Positions 1 to 9,997 of a stretch of DNA of 64,000 nt are shown in pieces. This stretch comes from Burkholderiales bacterium (GTDB lineage Bacteria > Pseudomonadota > Gammaproteobacteria > Burkholderiales > Burkholderiaceae_C): the NCBI GenBank assembly GCA_038215405.1, contig JBBQQX010000002.1:22094-86093 (forward strand), given 5' to 3'. How positions within the stretch are numbered: the first letter of the stretch is position 1; each line of letters opens with the position of its first letter. The notes beneath the pieces are model-generated. The model searched no databases, was not told the DNA's origin, and was given only the letters and a program-made list of their open reading frames with translations. The translations under genes were made by a program, and so were the position numbers.

Positions 1-225
1 GAAATCTCTTAAAACACTTCGAGCCCGCAACGCTAGTTTGGCACCGGCTTCGGTCGGACGCACCGTGCGCCCGGCGCGCATGACCAACTTGGCTCCCATC
101 TCCGCTTCCAGCGTCTGCAACCGTTGCGCCACGGCCCCTGGCGTGACGTTCATTTGACGCGCGGCGTCAACCAGCGTGCCACTGTGAACGACCGCAATCA
201 GGGTTTCAAGAAATAAGGTGTCCAT
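1..225 (-). CDS. LysR-family transcriptional regulator, N-terminal HTH portion only (rest lies outside the window)
   Basis: Reverse-strand translation from the ATG (complement at 223-225) reads MDTLFLETLIAVVHSGTLVDAARQMNVTPGAVAQRLQTLEAEMGAKLVMRAGRTVRPTEAG, a typical LysR winged HTH. It is divergent from the downstream catabolic cluster. Confidence 0.8.
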   Translation of the reverse strand, partial: MDTLFLETLIAVVHSGTLVDAARQMNVTPGAVAQRLQTLEAEMGAKLVMRAGRTVRPTEAGAKLALRARSVLRDF

Positions 226-370
226 AACGTAGAAAAAATGCTTCCTGAAAGGATGATAACGGTCTTTACCTATCTTTCTGAAACCCCCACACTCACGCTA
301 GCATTTTTGGCTTGAAGCAATTCCACCATTGAGGCGTCTTTCGCCGATGCAATCAACACGGAGACTGTTT

Positions 371-1156
371 ATGGATATGGGATTGGCAGCTAAGACTGCA
401 CTGGTGCTTGGCGCAGGTGGCGGATTGGGGTGTGCCATTGCAACATCCTTGGCACGCGAAGGGGCCAAAGTCGCGGTCGCCGATATCAATGAAGATGCGC
501 TCATGCGCACCGTTGAGTCTGTGCAAAAAGCGGGTGGCACCGCCCTCCCCCTGCTATGGGATATTGGCGACCTGTCGGTCGTGGATGCACGCATTCTGGA
601 AATTGAAAGCCGGTTTGGTGGCGTGGACGTACTGATCAACAATACCGGCGGCCCGCCGCCCACCACGGCCTTTGGCCAGGACGCAGCCCTGTGGACGCGC
701 AGTTTTCAGACGATGGTGTTGTCGGTGCTAGCCATCACGGATCGTGTGCTGCCGGGCATGCGGGTCAAGAAGTGGGGACGGATCATCACCAGCACCTCTT
801 CCGGCGTGGTGACCCCCATCCCGAATCTGGCGATCTCCAATGCGCTGCGCTTGTCCCTGGTCGGCTGGTCCAAGACGCTGGCACGCGAAGTGGCCCAGGA
901 CGGCATTACCTGCAACATCATCTTGCCCGGCAGAATTGCAACCGAGCGCATCAAGTTTCTCGATGAGGCCAAAGCGAAAAGAGAAGGACGGGACGTGTCG
1001 CAAGTCTGTACCGAAAGCACCAACACCATCCCCATGGGCCGCTACGGCAACCCGCAAGAATATGCCGATGTCGTGACCTTCCTAGCCAGCACGCGGTCAT
1101 CCTATATGACGGGGTCGATATTCCGAGTGGATGGTGGACTGATTTCCAGCATCTGA
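371..1156 (+). CDS. SDR-family oxidoreductase
   Basis: ORF 329..1156. Glycine-rich Rossmann motif [16 protein letters not shown] and the NNTGG motif are present. The ATG at 371 (MDMGLAAK...) is a better start than 329. Confidence 0.85.
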   Translation: MDMGLAAKTALVLGAGGGLGCAIATSLAREGAKVAVADINEDALMRTVESVQKAGGTALPLLWDIGDLSVVDARILEIESRFGGVDVLINNTGGPPPTTAFGQDAALWTRSFQTMVLSVLAITDRVLPGMRVKKWGRIITSTSSGVVTPIPNLAISNALRLSLVGWSKTLAREVAQDGITCNIILPGRIATERIKFLDEAKAKREGRDVSQVCTESTNTIPMGRYGNPQEYADVVTFLASTRSSYMTGSIFRVDGGLISSI

Positions 1157-1185
1157 CACACAAACACTGTCAAACAAGGCGACCA

Positions 1186-1905
1186 ATGACTACAGAGACA
1201 CTTCCGCTGGACGCAAACCTCATCCGTACGCTGTCCAACGTCACAACAGCCACCCTGACGACGGTGCTCCTGAAAAAAGGCCTTCGTCATGTCTGGCTTA
1301 GGGGCACCATGCCGATCAAAGGCGATCAGCCGCGTCTCGTTGGGCGGGCCTTCACGTTGCGCTTCGTCCCTGCTCGCGAAGATCTGGCCACGCCGGAATC
1401 CTGGTCCTCGCCCATTTCGACGCGGGCGGCCATCGAAGCCATGCCCGCAGGCTGTATTGCCGTGGTCGATGCCATGGGCGTGACGGATGCCGGGATTTTC
1501 GGCGACATCTTGTGTACACGGATGAGTAAACGGGGCGTTGCAGGTCTTGTCACTGACGGCGTAGTGCGCGACTTGGCAGGCGTGCTCGCCAGTGGATTTC
1601 CGGTCTGGTGCGCCGGCACGGCGGCACCGCCGTCGGTGGCTGCCCTGACGTTCGTGAGTTGGCAGGAACCAATTGCCTGCGGTGGCGTCGCCTTTTTTCC
1701 TAATGATGTCATCGTGGTTGATTCAGATGGCGCAGTGCTCATTCCGGCGGCTCTACTGGAAGAGGTGGTGGCCTTGTCTGTCGAACAAGAACGCCTTGAA
1801 TCATGGATCATGAACGAGGTCGAAAATGGGGCCGCCTTGCCGGGACTCTACCCACCGAATGTCGCGGCAAAAGCCCGCTATGAAGCGTCAAAACTGAAAG
1901 CATGA
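1186..1905 (+). CDS. RraA-family protein (4-hydroxy-4-methyl-2-oxoglutarate aldolase / RNase E regulator-like)
   Basis: 239 aa. GIFGDILCTRMSKRGVAGLVTDGVVRD is characteristic of the RraA/HMG-aldolase fold. Confidence 0.75.
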   Translation: MTTETLPLDANLIRTLSNVTTATLTTVLLKKGLRHVWLRGTMPIKGDQPRLVGRAFTLRFVPAREDLATPESWSSPISTRAAIEAMPAGCIAVVDAMGVTDAGIFGDILCTRMSKRGVAGLVTDGVVRDLAGVLASGFPVWCAGTAAPPSVAALTFVSWQEPIACGGVAFFPNDVIVVDSDGAVLIPAALLEEVVALSVEQERLESWIMNEVENGAALPGLYPPNVAAKARYEASKLKA

Positions 1906-2852
1906 ATAAATTAACTGCAGGCGCCAAGGGCGCCTATTTGATTGCGATCACCCCGTTCGCAGAGAACGGTGCGCTCGACTTGGCAAGCACGGATCGGATG
2001 GTCGATTTCTATCTGGCCAAGGGCGCAGCGGGTCTAACCATCCTGGGCATTCTCGGAGAAGCGACCAAGTTAACCGCTGAAGAATCAAAGTTGTTCACCA
2101 AACGGGTGCTGCAGCGTGTGAATGGCCGTGTCCCGGTCGTGGTGGGCGCATCATCCGCAGGTTTTGCGCCCATGCGTGAACTGACGCAAAGCGTGATGGC
2201 GCTGGGGGCCTCGGGCGTCATGATTGCGCCCCCTGCTTCCGTGCGCACCGATGATCAAATCGTGGCCTACTTTGACATGGTCAACGAGACGCTTGGCAGC
2301 GACGTGCCCTGGGTGCTGCAGGACCATCCGGTCTCCACCGGCGTACAGATGTCAACCGGCGTGATTTTGCGCATCATCAAGAATTCACCCACCTGTGTGA
2401 TGCTCAAGCATGAAGATTGTCCTGGCCTGGCCAAGCTGTCGGCGATTCGTGCTGCAAGCGATCGGGGCGAGACAAGGCGGGTGTCTATCTTGACCGGCAA
2501 CGGCGGCGGTCTGTTTCTGCCGGAAGAGTTGACGCGCGGCGCCGACGGCGCCATGACCGGCTTTGCCTACCCAGAGATGATGGTCGATGTCATCACGGCC
2601 CATGCAGCCGGTGAGATTGACAAGGCACACGATATTTTCGACGCCTATCTGCCGCTGGCACGCTATGAGCAACAGCCCGGAATTGGCTTGGCGGTGAGAA
2701 AGCACATCATGGCCCAGCGCGGCGCCATTGCCTGCGCGGCGCTGCGAAAACCCGGGTTACGGCTGTCAAACTCCGACATGGCCGACATCGCCCGTCTGAC
2801 CGAACGGCAAACCAGACGCCTGCAAGAACTACCGTCAATTCAGACATCCTGA
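1902..2852 (+). CDS. Dihydrodipicolinate synthase (DapA)-family lyase
   Basis: 316 aa. GAAGLTILGILGEATKLTAEE and overall DHDPS/NAL-family similarity. There is a 4-nt overlap with the upstream gene. Confidence 0.85.
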   Translation: MNKLTAGAKGAYLIAITPFAENGALDLASTDRMVDFYLAKGAAGLTILGILGEATKLTAEESKLFTKRVLQRVNGRVPVVVGASSAGFAPMRELTQSVMALGASGVMIAPPASVRTDDQIVAYFDMVNETLGSDVPWVLQDHPVSTGVQMSTGVILRIIKNSPTCVMLKHEDCPGLAKLSAIRAASDRGETRRVSILTGNGGGLFLPEELTRGADGAMTGFAYPEMMVDVITAHAAGEIDKAHDIFDAYLPLARYEQQPGIGLAVRKHIMAQRGAIACAALRKPGLRLSNSDMADIARLTERQTRRLQELPSIQTS

Positions 2853-3017
2853 TTTCCGGCGTCGTCGTTGGCACGTCACACGCCCATCAGGGCACCAAGG
2901 GGCGGGAAAACCCCTAAGCATTGGGTATTCCCGGCTGACCGTTCAACCTCCATTTGTTGTATTCTGTAAGGCAGCCTGACAAAAACTCTTTACCCCTGAT
3001 CACAAGGAGACATTTCC

Positions 3018-3977
3018 ATGCGTTTTATCCACAAACTCGGTCTTGCCCTGGGCCTCGGTGCCGCCATCGCCAGCAGCGCTGGCCTGGCGCAGCAACCTCA
3101 ATTTATCAGCATTCTTACCGGCGGCACCAGCGGCGTGTACTACCCGCTCGGCGTCTCCCTGTCACAGATTTTCGGCAAGGCCATGCCAGGCGCAAAGTCT
3201 TCAGTACAGGCCACCAAAGCGTCCGCAGAAAACCTCAACCTGCTCCAGGCAGGCCGCGGCGAACTCGCCTTCACCCTGGGCGATGCCCTCTCCGACGCGT
3301 GGAAGGGCAACGAAGAAGTCGGTTTCAAGGTGCCGCTGAAAAAACTGCGCGGTGTCGCCGGTATCTATTCCAACTACATCCAGATCGTCGCCAGCGCCGA
3401 CTCGGGCATCACGACCCTGGCTGACCTGAAGGGCAAACGCCTGGCCGTCGGCGCGCCGAAGTCCGGCACCGAAATCAACGCCCGCGCCATCCTCAAGGGC
3501 GCCGGAATTAGCTACAAGGATTTAGGCAAGGTCGAATACCTGCCGTTCGGCGAATCGGTTGAACTGATGAAAAATCGCCAGATAGACGCGACCCTGATCT
3601 CGGCGGGCCTTGGCGTGTCAGCCTTGCGCGACCTGGCAACATCGATAAAGATGGTTGTCGTACCGATTCCTGCCGACGTGGTGACAAAAATCAATGACCC
3701 CGCCTACATTGCCGGAACCATCCCGGCCAATACCTACGAGGGGCAGACCGCAAGCGTGACCACCGTGGCGATTGAAAACTTTATCGTTACCCATGAAGGC
3801 GTACCGACTGACACGGTCTACAAGATGACCAAGGCCATGTACGAAAACCTCGATCAGATGGTCGCTGCCCATACCGCGGCAAAAGCCATCAAGCGCGACG
3901 ATGGCCCCTTGCATATGCCTCTGCCGCTGCACCCCGGCGCCGAGAAATATTACCGCGAAGTCGGCCTGATCAAGTAA
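3018..3977 (+). CDS. TAXI-family TRAP transporter solute-binding protein
   Basis: 319 aa with a signal peptide. The TGGTSGVYYPLGVSLSQIF motif is typical of TAXI receptors. SD AAGGAGA lies 7 nt upstream. Confidence 0.85.
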   Translation: MRFIHKLGLALGLGAAIASSAGLAQQPQFISILTGGTSGVYYPLGVSLSQIFGKAMPGAKSSVQATKASAENLNLLQAGRGELAFTLGDALSDAWKGNEEVGFKVPLKKLRGVAGIYSNYIQIVASADSGITTLADLKGKRLAVGAPKSGTEINARAILKGAGISYKDLGKVEYLPFGESVELMKNRQIDATLISAGLGVSALRDLATSIKMVVVPIPADVVTKINDPAYIAGTIPANTYEGQTASVTTVAIENFIVTHEGVPTDTVYKMTKAMYENLDQMVAAHTAAKAIKRDDGPLHMPLPLHPGAEKYYREVGLIK

Positions 3978-4036
3978 GCGATTGGCCGTGATCGTCTTCG
4001 AGCCGTTCTGGCCAATCGCCACAGCGGCCTTTTTTT
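3978..4036 (+). terminator. Intercistronic hairpin plus T-run after the TAXI receptor gene (attenuator or partial terminator)
   Basis: GCGATTGGCC (3978-3987) pairs with GGCCAATCGC (4010-4019). A run of 7 T follows at 4030-4036. Confidence 0.35.
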
Positions 4037-4114
4037 ATATCTTGTGGGACAGTCCGCAACTGCGCGTAGCGAGTCAACTCTGTCCCCAACACTTTAGATT
4101 TATTCTGGATCGCA

Positions 4115-6217
4115 ATGACTAACGCCGCGAATGACACGCCTCAGGGCCTGTTCGACCATCCTGCTCCGACCGAGGAATTTCAGGAGCACGGCCATACCCG
4201 CAATCTCGGCGGGTGGGCATTGAAGACAGTGGTTTTTGCCGCCATTGCCTTTTCCGCTTACCAGTTGATGGTGGCCGGTTTCTCACCGTTGTCCAGCCTC
4301 GTTACCCGGGCGTTCCACGTCGGCTTCCTGCTCCTGCTCGCTTTCCTGCTCTACCCAGCCAGGCAGCGCGCCAAGCCGCAAACCCGCATCCCGTGGATCG
4401 ACTGGATGCTGGCGCTGTCCGGTTTCGGCCTCGCCTTCTACCACTGGATTTTCGAGGCCGACCTGATCCAGCGCTCGGGCGATCCGACCATGACCGATCT
4501 CGTCGTCGGCGCCATTGTCGTTCTGCTGGTGTTCGAGGCAGCGCGGCGCATCCTCGGTTTGGCACTGCCCATCGTTTGTGGCCTGTTCTTGCTCTATGGC
4601 CTGTTCGGCCAATACCTGCCGGGCGATCTGGCCCATCGTGGCTATACCCTGGCGCAACTGGTGGACCAGCTTGGCTTCGGCACCGAAGGCATCTACGGCA
4701 TCCCGACGCTGGTCTCGGCCACCTACATCTTCCTGTTCATCCTGTTCGGCTCCTTCCTCGAACACGCCGGCATGATCCGGCTCTTCAACAGCGTGGCGCT
4801 GGGTTTCGTCGGCCACGCCCAGGGCGGACCGGCCAAGGTGGCGGTGATCTCCTCCGGCTTCATGGGCATGATCTCGGGCTCGGGCGTCGCCAACGTGCTC
4901 ACCATCGGGCAGTTCACCATTCCACTGATGAAGCGCTTCGGCTATTCGTCCGTCTTCGCCGGTGCCGTCGAGGCCACCTCATCGATGGGTGGCCAGATCA
5001 TGCCGCCGGTGATGGGCGCGGTCGCCTTCATCATGGCCGAAACGCTCAACGTGCCCTACGCCGACATCGTCAAGGCCGCAGTGATCCCGGCCTTCCTCTA
5101 TTACTTCACAGTATTCTTCATGGTGCATCTGGAGGCCGGACGCCTGAAGCTGCTTGGCATCCCCAAGGACCAGTGCCCGAATCCCTGGCTCGCCATCAAG
5201 GAAAACTGGTACCTGATCCTGCCGCTGGCGGCACTGGTAGTGATGCTGTTCGAGGGGTTCACGCCGATGTTCGCGGGCATGATGGGCCTGGCCCTGACGG
5301 CGATCCTGATTCTGGGCAGCGCCATTGCCGCGCGCATTTCGCAGACGGCCTTCCGCGTCGTCTTCTGGTTCGCGATGGGCCTGGGCGCAGCGTCTTTTGC
5401 CAAATGGGGCATACAGCCAGTGATGGCGGTGATCGCCGCGCTCGCTATCGGCAACCTGTTCGTCCATGGCGGCAAAAAGACCCTACACACCATGAAGATG
5501 AGCCTGGTCGATGGCGCCAGGCAGGCGCTGCCGGTGGGTATCGCCTGCGCCATCGTCGGCGTCATCATCGGCGTCTTGACCCTGACCGGGGCGGCCTCTA
5601 GCTTCGCCGGCTACATCCTGACCATTGGCCAAAAGAGCTTGTTCGCCTCGCTGTTCCTGACCATGATCGTCTGCCTGATCTTGGGCATGGGCATCCCGAC
5701 CATTCCCAATTACATCATCACGAGTTCGATTGCCGCCCCGGCCCTGCTCAAGCTCGGCGTGCCGCTGATCGTCTCGCACATGTTTGTTTTTTATTTCGGC
5801 ATCATGGCCGATCTGACGCCGCCGGTGGCGCTGGCCGCCTTCGCCGCCGCCTCGATCGCCAAGGCCTCACCAATGAGAATCGGTTTCAAGGCAACGCAGA
5901 TCGCCATCGCCGGTTTCGTCGTGCCTTACATGGCGGTCTACGACCCGGCGCTGATGCTGCAGGGGCAATGGACCACCCTCACCGTCGCCTATATCGCTTT
6001 TAAAGCCGTGCTCGCCGTCAGCCTTTGGGCCGTGATGACCATCGGCTACCTGTGGCAGCCGGTCGGCTTGCTCTGGCGCGTTTTTACCTTCGTCGCCGCC
6101 GCCCTGCTGGTCGCCGCCATGCCCTTTACCGACGAGATCGGCTTCGCCATGGCCGCCGTGTTCATCATTTGGCAGTGGTTCAGGAACCGCAAGATCCCGC
6201 AAGAAATGGTCGCATGA
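4115..6217 (+). CDS. TRAP transporter fused permease (TAXI-type DctQM fusion)
   Basis: 700 aa, highly hydrophobic polytopic protein directly downstream of the TAXI receptor. Confidence 0.9.
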   Translation: MTNAANDTPQGLFDHPAPTEEFQEHGHTRNLGGWALKTVVFAAIAFSAYQLMVAGFSPLSSLVTRAFHVGFLLLLAFLLYPARQRAKPQTRIPWIDWMLALSGFGLAFYHWIFEADLIQRSGDPTMTDLVVGAIVVLLVFEAARRILGLALPIVCGLFLLYGLFGQYLPGDLAHRGYTLAQLVDQLGFGTEGIYGIPTLVSATYIFLFILFGSFLEHAGMIRLFNSVALGFVGHAQGGPAKVAVISSGFMGMISGSGVANVLTIGQFTIPLMKRFGYSSVFAGAVEATSSMGGQIMPPVMGAVAFIMAETLNVPYADIVKAAVIPAFLYYFTVFFMVHLEAGRLKLLGIPKDQCPNPWLAIKENWYLILPLAALVVMLFEGFTPMFAGMMGLALTAILILGSAIAARISQTAFRVVFWFAMGLGAASFAKWGIQPVMAVIAALAIGNLFVHGGKKTLHTMKMSLVDGARQALPVGIACAIVGVIIGVLTLTGAASSFAGYILTIGQKSLFASLFLTMIVCLILGMGIPTIPNYIITSSIAAPALLKLGVPLIVSHMFVFYFGIMADLTPPVALAAFAAASIAKASPMRIGFKATQIAIAGFVVPYMAVYDPALMLQGQWTTLTVAYIAFKAVLAVSLWAVMTIGYLWQPVGLLWRVFTFVAAALLVAAMPFTDEIGFAMAAVFIIWQWFRNRKIPQEMVA

Positions 6218-6218
6218 G

Positions 6219-6686
6219 ATGAGCGGTATCTGCCTTGCCGCCGGAGTGATCGTCGCGGCTCTGCCACTCTCGGCCTTCACACTAGCATGGACGCATTCGA
6301 TCGAAAAAATCCGCTGGGAAGAGGATTACCGCATCCAGGGTAGCCGCCTGGTTCTCGAAGAAGCGCGCATCCGGGGCAGCGGCGCCGGCATGGAGCCGCC
6401 AGCCGACGCACAATTAAAAAACGGCGTCTGGCACTACCAGCCAACGATTGCGCCACTCGAACGGCTAAGGCTCACTCACTCCCCCTATACCGCTGGCTAC
6501 GAAATCTGCAGCGCCGACGGCTGCAAACCGCTGACCACCGTGCTCGCCGGCCTGCCCGATTTCGCGCTGGTTGAAGTCTCGGTTTGCCGCCCCGGTCCAT
6601 CAGGCCCAGGGCTCAGCCCCACAGGTCCAGCGGCGGGTCCGTCACCACCGCCCGCAAAATATCCGAGCGCGACACAAAGCCAATGA
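6219..6686 (+). CDS. DUF1850-like protein associated with TAXI-TRAP systems
   Basis: 155 aa with an N-terminal TM segment. It starts 1 nt after the permease stop. The Pro/Gly/Ser-rich C-terminal tail is antisense to the 3' end of the convergent CBS gene. Confidence 0.55.
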   Translation: MSGICLAAGVIVAALPLSAFTLAWTHSIEKIRWEEDYRIQGSRLVLEEARIRGSGAGMEPPADAQLKNGVWHYQPTIAPLERLRLTHSPYTAGYEICSADGCKPLTTVLAGLPDFALVEVSVCRPGPSGPGLSPTGPAAGPSPPPAKYPSATQSQ

Positions 6687-7293
6687 CCGCGCCTTGCTCG
6701 TCCACCACCGGCAACCCCGGCAGGCCAGTGTCAAGCAGCACACGCGCCACGCGGCGAATATCAATGTCTGGAGACACGCTGGGCACCGGCGTGCACATGA
6801 TGTCCTGCACACTTTGCGCCAGCAGCGCACGCCACACGAGGGCATGGCTGTCGGACGTGGGCAAGCGCTCAGGCCGCAGCAGATCAGCGCGCGACAACAA
6901 ACCCACCAGCGTCCCGGCAGCATTGAGGACTGGGGCCTGACCGACAGCCTGCTCGGCCAACAACTGCCAAGCCTCCTGCACGGTCGCGGTATCGAGCAAG
7001 CTGATCACGGTACGGCTCATCAAGGACTCGACCAACTTCAGGGGATGGCGCGGCTGCGGCACTGCCTTTTGACTCTCTGCGTAGGCCGCCAGCGCGCTGC
7101 GATGAGCCTCGTCACTCGGGGCGGCCGGCTGAGCCAACCCGGCGTAGGCGACATCTTCGGGCGGGTCGCGCCCGTCACGGCCCACGGCCTTGATCATATT
7201 GGAACGTGCCATGGCGCCAACGCCCTTGACTTGGCGCAGCTGTTCCATCGAGCCGCGAAACAACTGCCCTGCCACACCATAAATTGAAAACAT
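6613..7293 (-). CDS. CBS-domain pair protein
   Basis: 226 aa. Two CBS-like repeats (VISLLDTATVQEAWQLL...GLLSRADLL and VPSVSPDIDIRRVARVLLDTGLPGLPVVDEQGAVIGFVSRSDILRA). Confidence 0.75.
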   Translation of the reverse strand: MFSIYGVAGQLFRGSMEQLRQVKGVGAMARSNMIKAVGRDGRDPPEDVAYAGLAQPAAPSDEAHRSALAAYAESQKAVPQPRHPLKLVESLMSRTVISLLDTATVQEAWQLLAEQAVGQAPVLNAAGTLVGLLSRADLLRPERLPTSDSHALVWRALLAQSVQDIMCTPVPSVSPDIDIRRVARVLLDTGLPGLPVVDEQGAVIGFVSRSDILRAVVTDPPLDLWG

Positions 7294-7337
7294 GGTCTGC
7301 CCCTTGTGTTGTTCGGGCCGACTATAGCCTGCCGGGC

Positions 7338-8570
7338 TCAGGAATGCGGCGGCAGAAACAGCGACTGCAAGTCATTCAAAAAATCAAAACCTTGCACGGT
7401 GGGGGTCACGCGGGCCAGGTCGCGCACGATCAAACCCTGCGCTTGAGCCTGCTCCAGCGCGGCTTGAATGGCGGTGATGGCCAGACCGGTACGCTCCGAG
7501 AACAGTTGCAGGGCAAAACCATCCTTCAAACGCAAGGCATTCAACATGAACTCCAGGGGCAAGTTGGCGCGGCTGACTTCTTCGTCTTGCGCCAGACAGT
7601 GGCCCGCCAAAGCCTGTTCCATGTAGCGAGCGGGCTCCCGATAGCGCACCTGGCGCACCACACGGTGCGCAAAGCTGAGCTTGCTATGCGCCCCCGCGCC
7701 GATGCCTAGGTAATCGCCAAACCGCCAGTAATTAAGATTGTGAAAGCAGCGGTGGCCGGGCGCGGCATAGGCTGACACTTCGTAGCGATCCAGGCCCGCT
7801 GCGCCGGTCAGGTCGGTGATCAAGTCCAGCATGTCGTAGGCCGTGTCGTCCTCAGGCAGCGGCGGCGGAAATTTGGCAAAAAAGGTGTTGGGCTCGATGG
7901 TGAGCTGGTAGATCGAAATGTGCGGCGGCTTGAAGCTCAAGGCCAGCGCGATGTCTTGCTTGACATCCGCGAGCGTCTGCCCCGGCAACGCGTACATCAG
8001 GTCCAGGTTGAAGGTGTCAAAGGCCTGTGCCGCTTCTTCCACGGCGGCAAGCGCTTGTGCGCCGTCGTGCACCCGCCCCAGCGTCTTCAAAAAAGAGTCG
8101 TTAAAGCTCTGCACGCCGACCGACAAACGGGTGACACCAGCGCTGCGAAAAGCCCGAAACCGATCTTTCTCAAAGGTGCCCGGATTGGCCTCCAGGGTGA
8201 TTTCACACGCCGCCTCCAGGCGCAACCGCGCCCGGATGCCGCCGAGCAGGCGATCAATGCCCTCGGGCGAAAACAGACTGGGCGTGCCACCGCCAATAAA
8301 AATGCTGTGCACGGTGCGGCCCCAAATCAAGGGCAAGGCGGCCTCCAGATCGGCCATCAGGGCATCCAGGTAGCGCTGCTCGGGCAGCTCGGCGGCGCGC
8401 GTCTCATGCGAATTGAAGTCGCAATAAGGGCACTTCTTCAAGCACCAGGGCAAATGCACATAGAGCGACAGCGGCGGCAAGGCGGCCAGCTGCAGCATCC
8501 CCGGGCGCAGGTAGTGCTGGATGTCGCGCGGCGCTGACGCTGACTCGGTGGCCGCAATGACAGGAATCAT
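7338..8570 (-). CDS. hemW: Radical SAM heme chaperone HemW (HemN-like, coproporphyrinogen III oxidase family)
   Basis: 410 aa. Contains the YVHLPWCLKKCPYCDFNS CxxxCxxC radical-SAM motif. ATGA overlap with the rdgB stop. Confidence 0.9.
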   Translation of the reverse strand: MIPVIAATESASAPRDIQHYLRPGMLQLAALPPLSLYVHLPWCLKKCPYCDFNSHETRAAELPEQRYLDALMADLEAALPLIWGRTVHSIFIGGGTPSLFSPEGIDRLLGGIRARLRLEAACEITLEANPGTFEKDRFRAFRSAGVTRLSVGVQSFNDSFLKTLGRVHDGAQALAAVEEAAQAFDTFNLDLMYALPGQTLADVKQDIALALSFKPPHISIYQLTIEPNTFFAKFPPPLPEDDTAYDMLDLITDLTGAAGLDRYEVSAYAAPGHRCFHNLNYWRFGDYLGIGAGAHSKLSFAHRVVRQVRYREPARYMEQALAGHCLAQDEEVSRANLPLEFMLNALRLKDGFALQLFSERTGLAITAIQAALEQAQAQGLIVRDLARVTPTVQGFDFLNDLQSLFLPPHS

Positions 8571-9187
8571 GCGCCCTGAGCCCCGCCTGCGAGCCAGCGC
8601 TCGCGCATCAATGCCAGCATCGCGCGCACCGCCCGGCCGCGGTGGCTGTTGGCGTTCTTGACCGCGACCGGCAATTGGGCGAAGGTCTGGCCAAATTCGG
8701 GGATGAACATCACCGGGTCAAAACCAAAACCGTTGCGTCCCACCGGCGCGCGGGTAATCTCGCCTGCCACGCGGCCAACGGCAATCAAGGGTTCCGGGTC
8801 CTGTTCCGAACGCACCGCCACCAGCGTGCTCACCAACGCAGCGCCCCGGTCTTGCACGCCTCGCATTTGCTCCAACAAGGCGCGCACGTTGTTGTCGTCG
8901 CCCTTCTCATAGCCAAACTGGGTGGCGTAGAAGGCCGTTTGCACGCCCGGCAGGCCGCCAAAGGCATCGACACACAAACCGGCGTCGTCAGCCAGCGCAG
9001 CCAAGCCGCTATGGCTACTTGCATGGCGCGCCTTGGCCAGCGCGTTCTCGACAAAGGTGTGGTACGGCTCTGGCGCCTCGGCAATGCCGAGCTCGCCCTG
9101 GCTGATCAGCTCGACGCCGAGCGGCGCCAACATAGCGCGCAGCTCGACCAATTTACCGGGGTTGTTGGAAGCTAAGACAATTTTCAT
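8567..9187 (-). CDS. rdgB: Non-canonical purine NTP pyrophosphatase RdgB/HAM1
   Basis: 206 aa. N-terminus MKIVLASNNPGKLVELRAML, and FGYDP-type motif (NGFGFDPVF). Confidence 0.9.
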   Translation of the reverse strand: MKIVLASNNPGKLVELRAMLAPLGVELISQGELGIAEAPEPYHTFVENALAKARHASSHSGLAALADDAGLCVDAFGGLPGVQTAFYATQFGYEKGDDNNVRALLEQMRGVQDRGAALVSTLVAVRSEQDPEPLIAVGRVAGEITRAPVGRNGFGFDPVMFIPEFGQTFAQLPVAVKNANSHRGRAVRAMLALMRERWLAGGAQGA

Positions 9188-9236
9188 GAAATAGGGCCGT
9201 AGCCCCCGTGCAGCATGCCTGAGCAGCTATTTATTT
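9188..9236 (-). repeat. Element A copy (two-hairpin dispersed repeat), rdgB/rph junction
   Basis: Reverse complement: AAATAAATAGCTGCTCAGGCATGCTGCACGGGGGCTACGGCCCTATTTC. The TAG of TAGCTGC is the rph stop codon. The tail abuts the rdgB ATG. Confidence 0.7.
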
Positions 9237-9958
9237 AGTAATGATATTTTTTGCAGTTCAACCAGCTCGCTGATGCCTTGTTCGGCCAGCGCCAGCAAGG
9301 CATTCATTTCCTGGCGCGAAAATGCCGCTCCTTCGGCCGTGCCCTGCACCTCGACAAAGTGGCCAGCCCCGGTCATCACCACATTCATATCGGTGTCGCA
9401 TGCCGCGTCCTCTGTGTACGCCAAATCAAGCAGGGGCGTTCCCGCAACGATACCCACCGAGATCGCAGCCACATGCTCACGAATCGGCGACAGCCGCAGC
9501 TTGCCCTGCGCCAGTAACTGGGTCACCGCATCCTGTGCCGCCACAAAGGCGCCGGTGATGGCCGCGGTGCGCGTGCCGCCGTCAGCCTGCAGCACATCGC
9601 AATCCAGGTGAATGGTGCGTTCACCGAGCAGGCCCAGGTCAAATACCGAGCGCAGCGAGCGGCCAACCAAGCGCTGAATCTCCTGGGTGCGCCCGCTTTG
9701 CTTGCCGCGCGCAGCTTCGCGCTCGTTGCGGCTGTGGGTGGCGCGCGGCAGCATGCCGTATTCGGCCGTGACCCAGCCCTGGCCGCTACCTTTTTTGTGG
9801 CCCGGCACTTTCTCTTCGACCGAGGCCGTGCACAAGACCTTGGTGTTGCCAAACTCGATCAGCACTGAGCCCTCCGCGTGCATCGTGTAGCTGCGCGTTA
9901 TTTTGACCGCCCGCAGTTGGTTGGCAGCGCGCGCATCGAGTCTCAAAAATGGATGCAT
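9227..9958 (-). CDS. rph: Ribonuclease PH
   Basis: 243 aa. [38 protein letters not shown] is near-canonical RNase PH. Confidence 0.95.
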   Translation of the reverse strand: MHPFLRLDARAANQLRAVKITRSYTMHAEGSVLIEFGNTKVLCTASVEEKVPGHKKGSGQGWVTAEYGMLPRATHSRNEREAARGKQSGRTQEIQRLVGRSLRSVFDLGLLGERTIHLDCDVLQADGGTRTAAITGAFVAAQDAVTQLLAQGKLRLSPIREHVAAISVGIVAGTPLLDLAYTEDAACDTDMNVVMTGAGHFVEVQGTAEGAAFSRQEMNALLALAEQGISELVELQKISLLNK

Positions 9959-9997
9959 AAGGTCATGGTGAGCTTAGGGTTTTTCATGGCCAAGCCC

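Noticed and set aside
4213-5601. Long alternative-frame or antisense ORFs overlapping well-supported genes (for example 4213..5601, 14603..15274, 37175..38200, 45623..46942, 55937..57265, 59407..60411, 61093..61992, 6571..7287)
   Set aside because: Each overlaps a gene with clear family motifs in another frame or strand. Stop-poor off-frames are expected at this GC content, and none has a recognisable domain.
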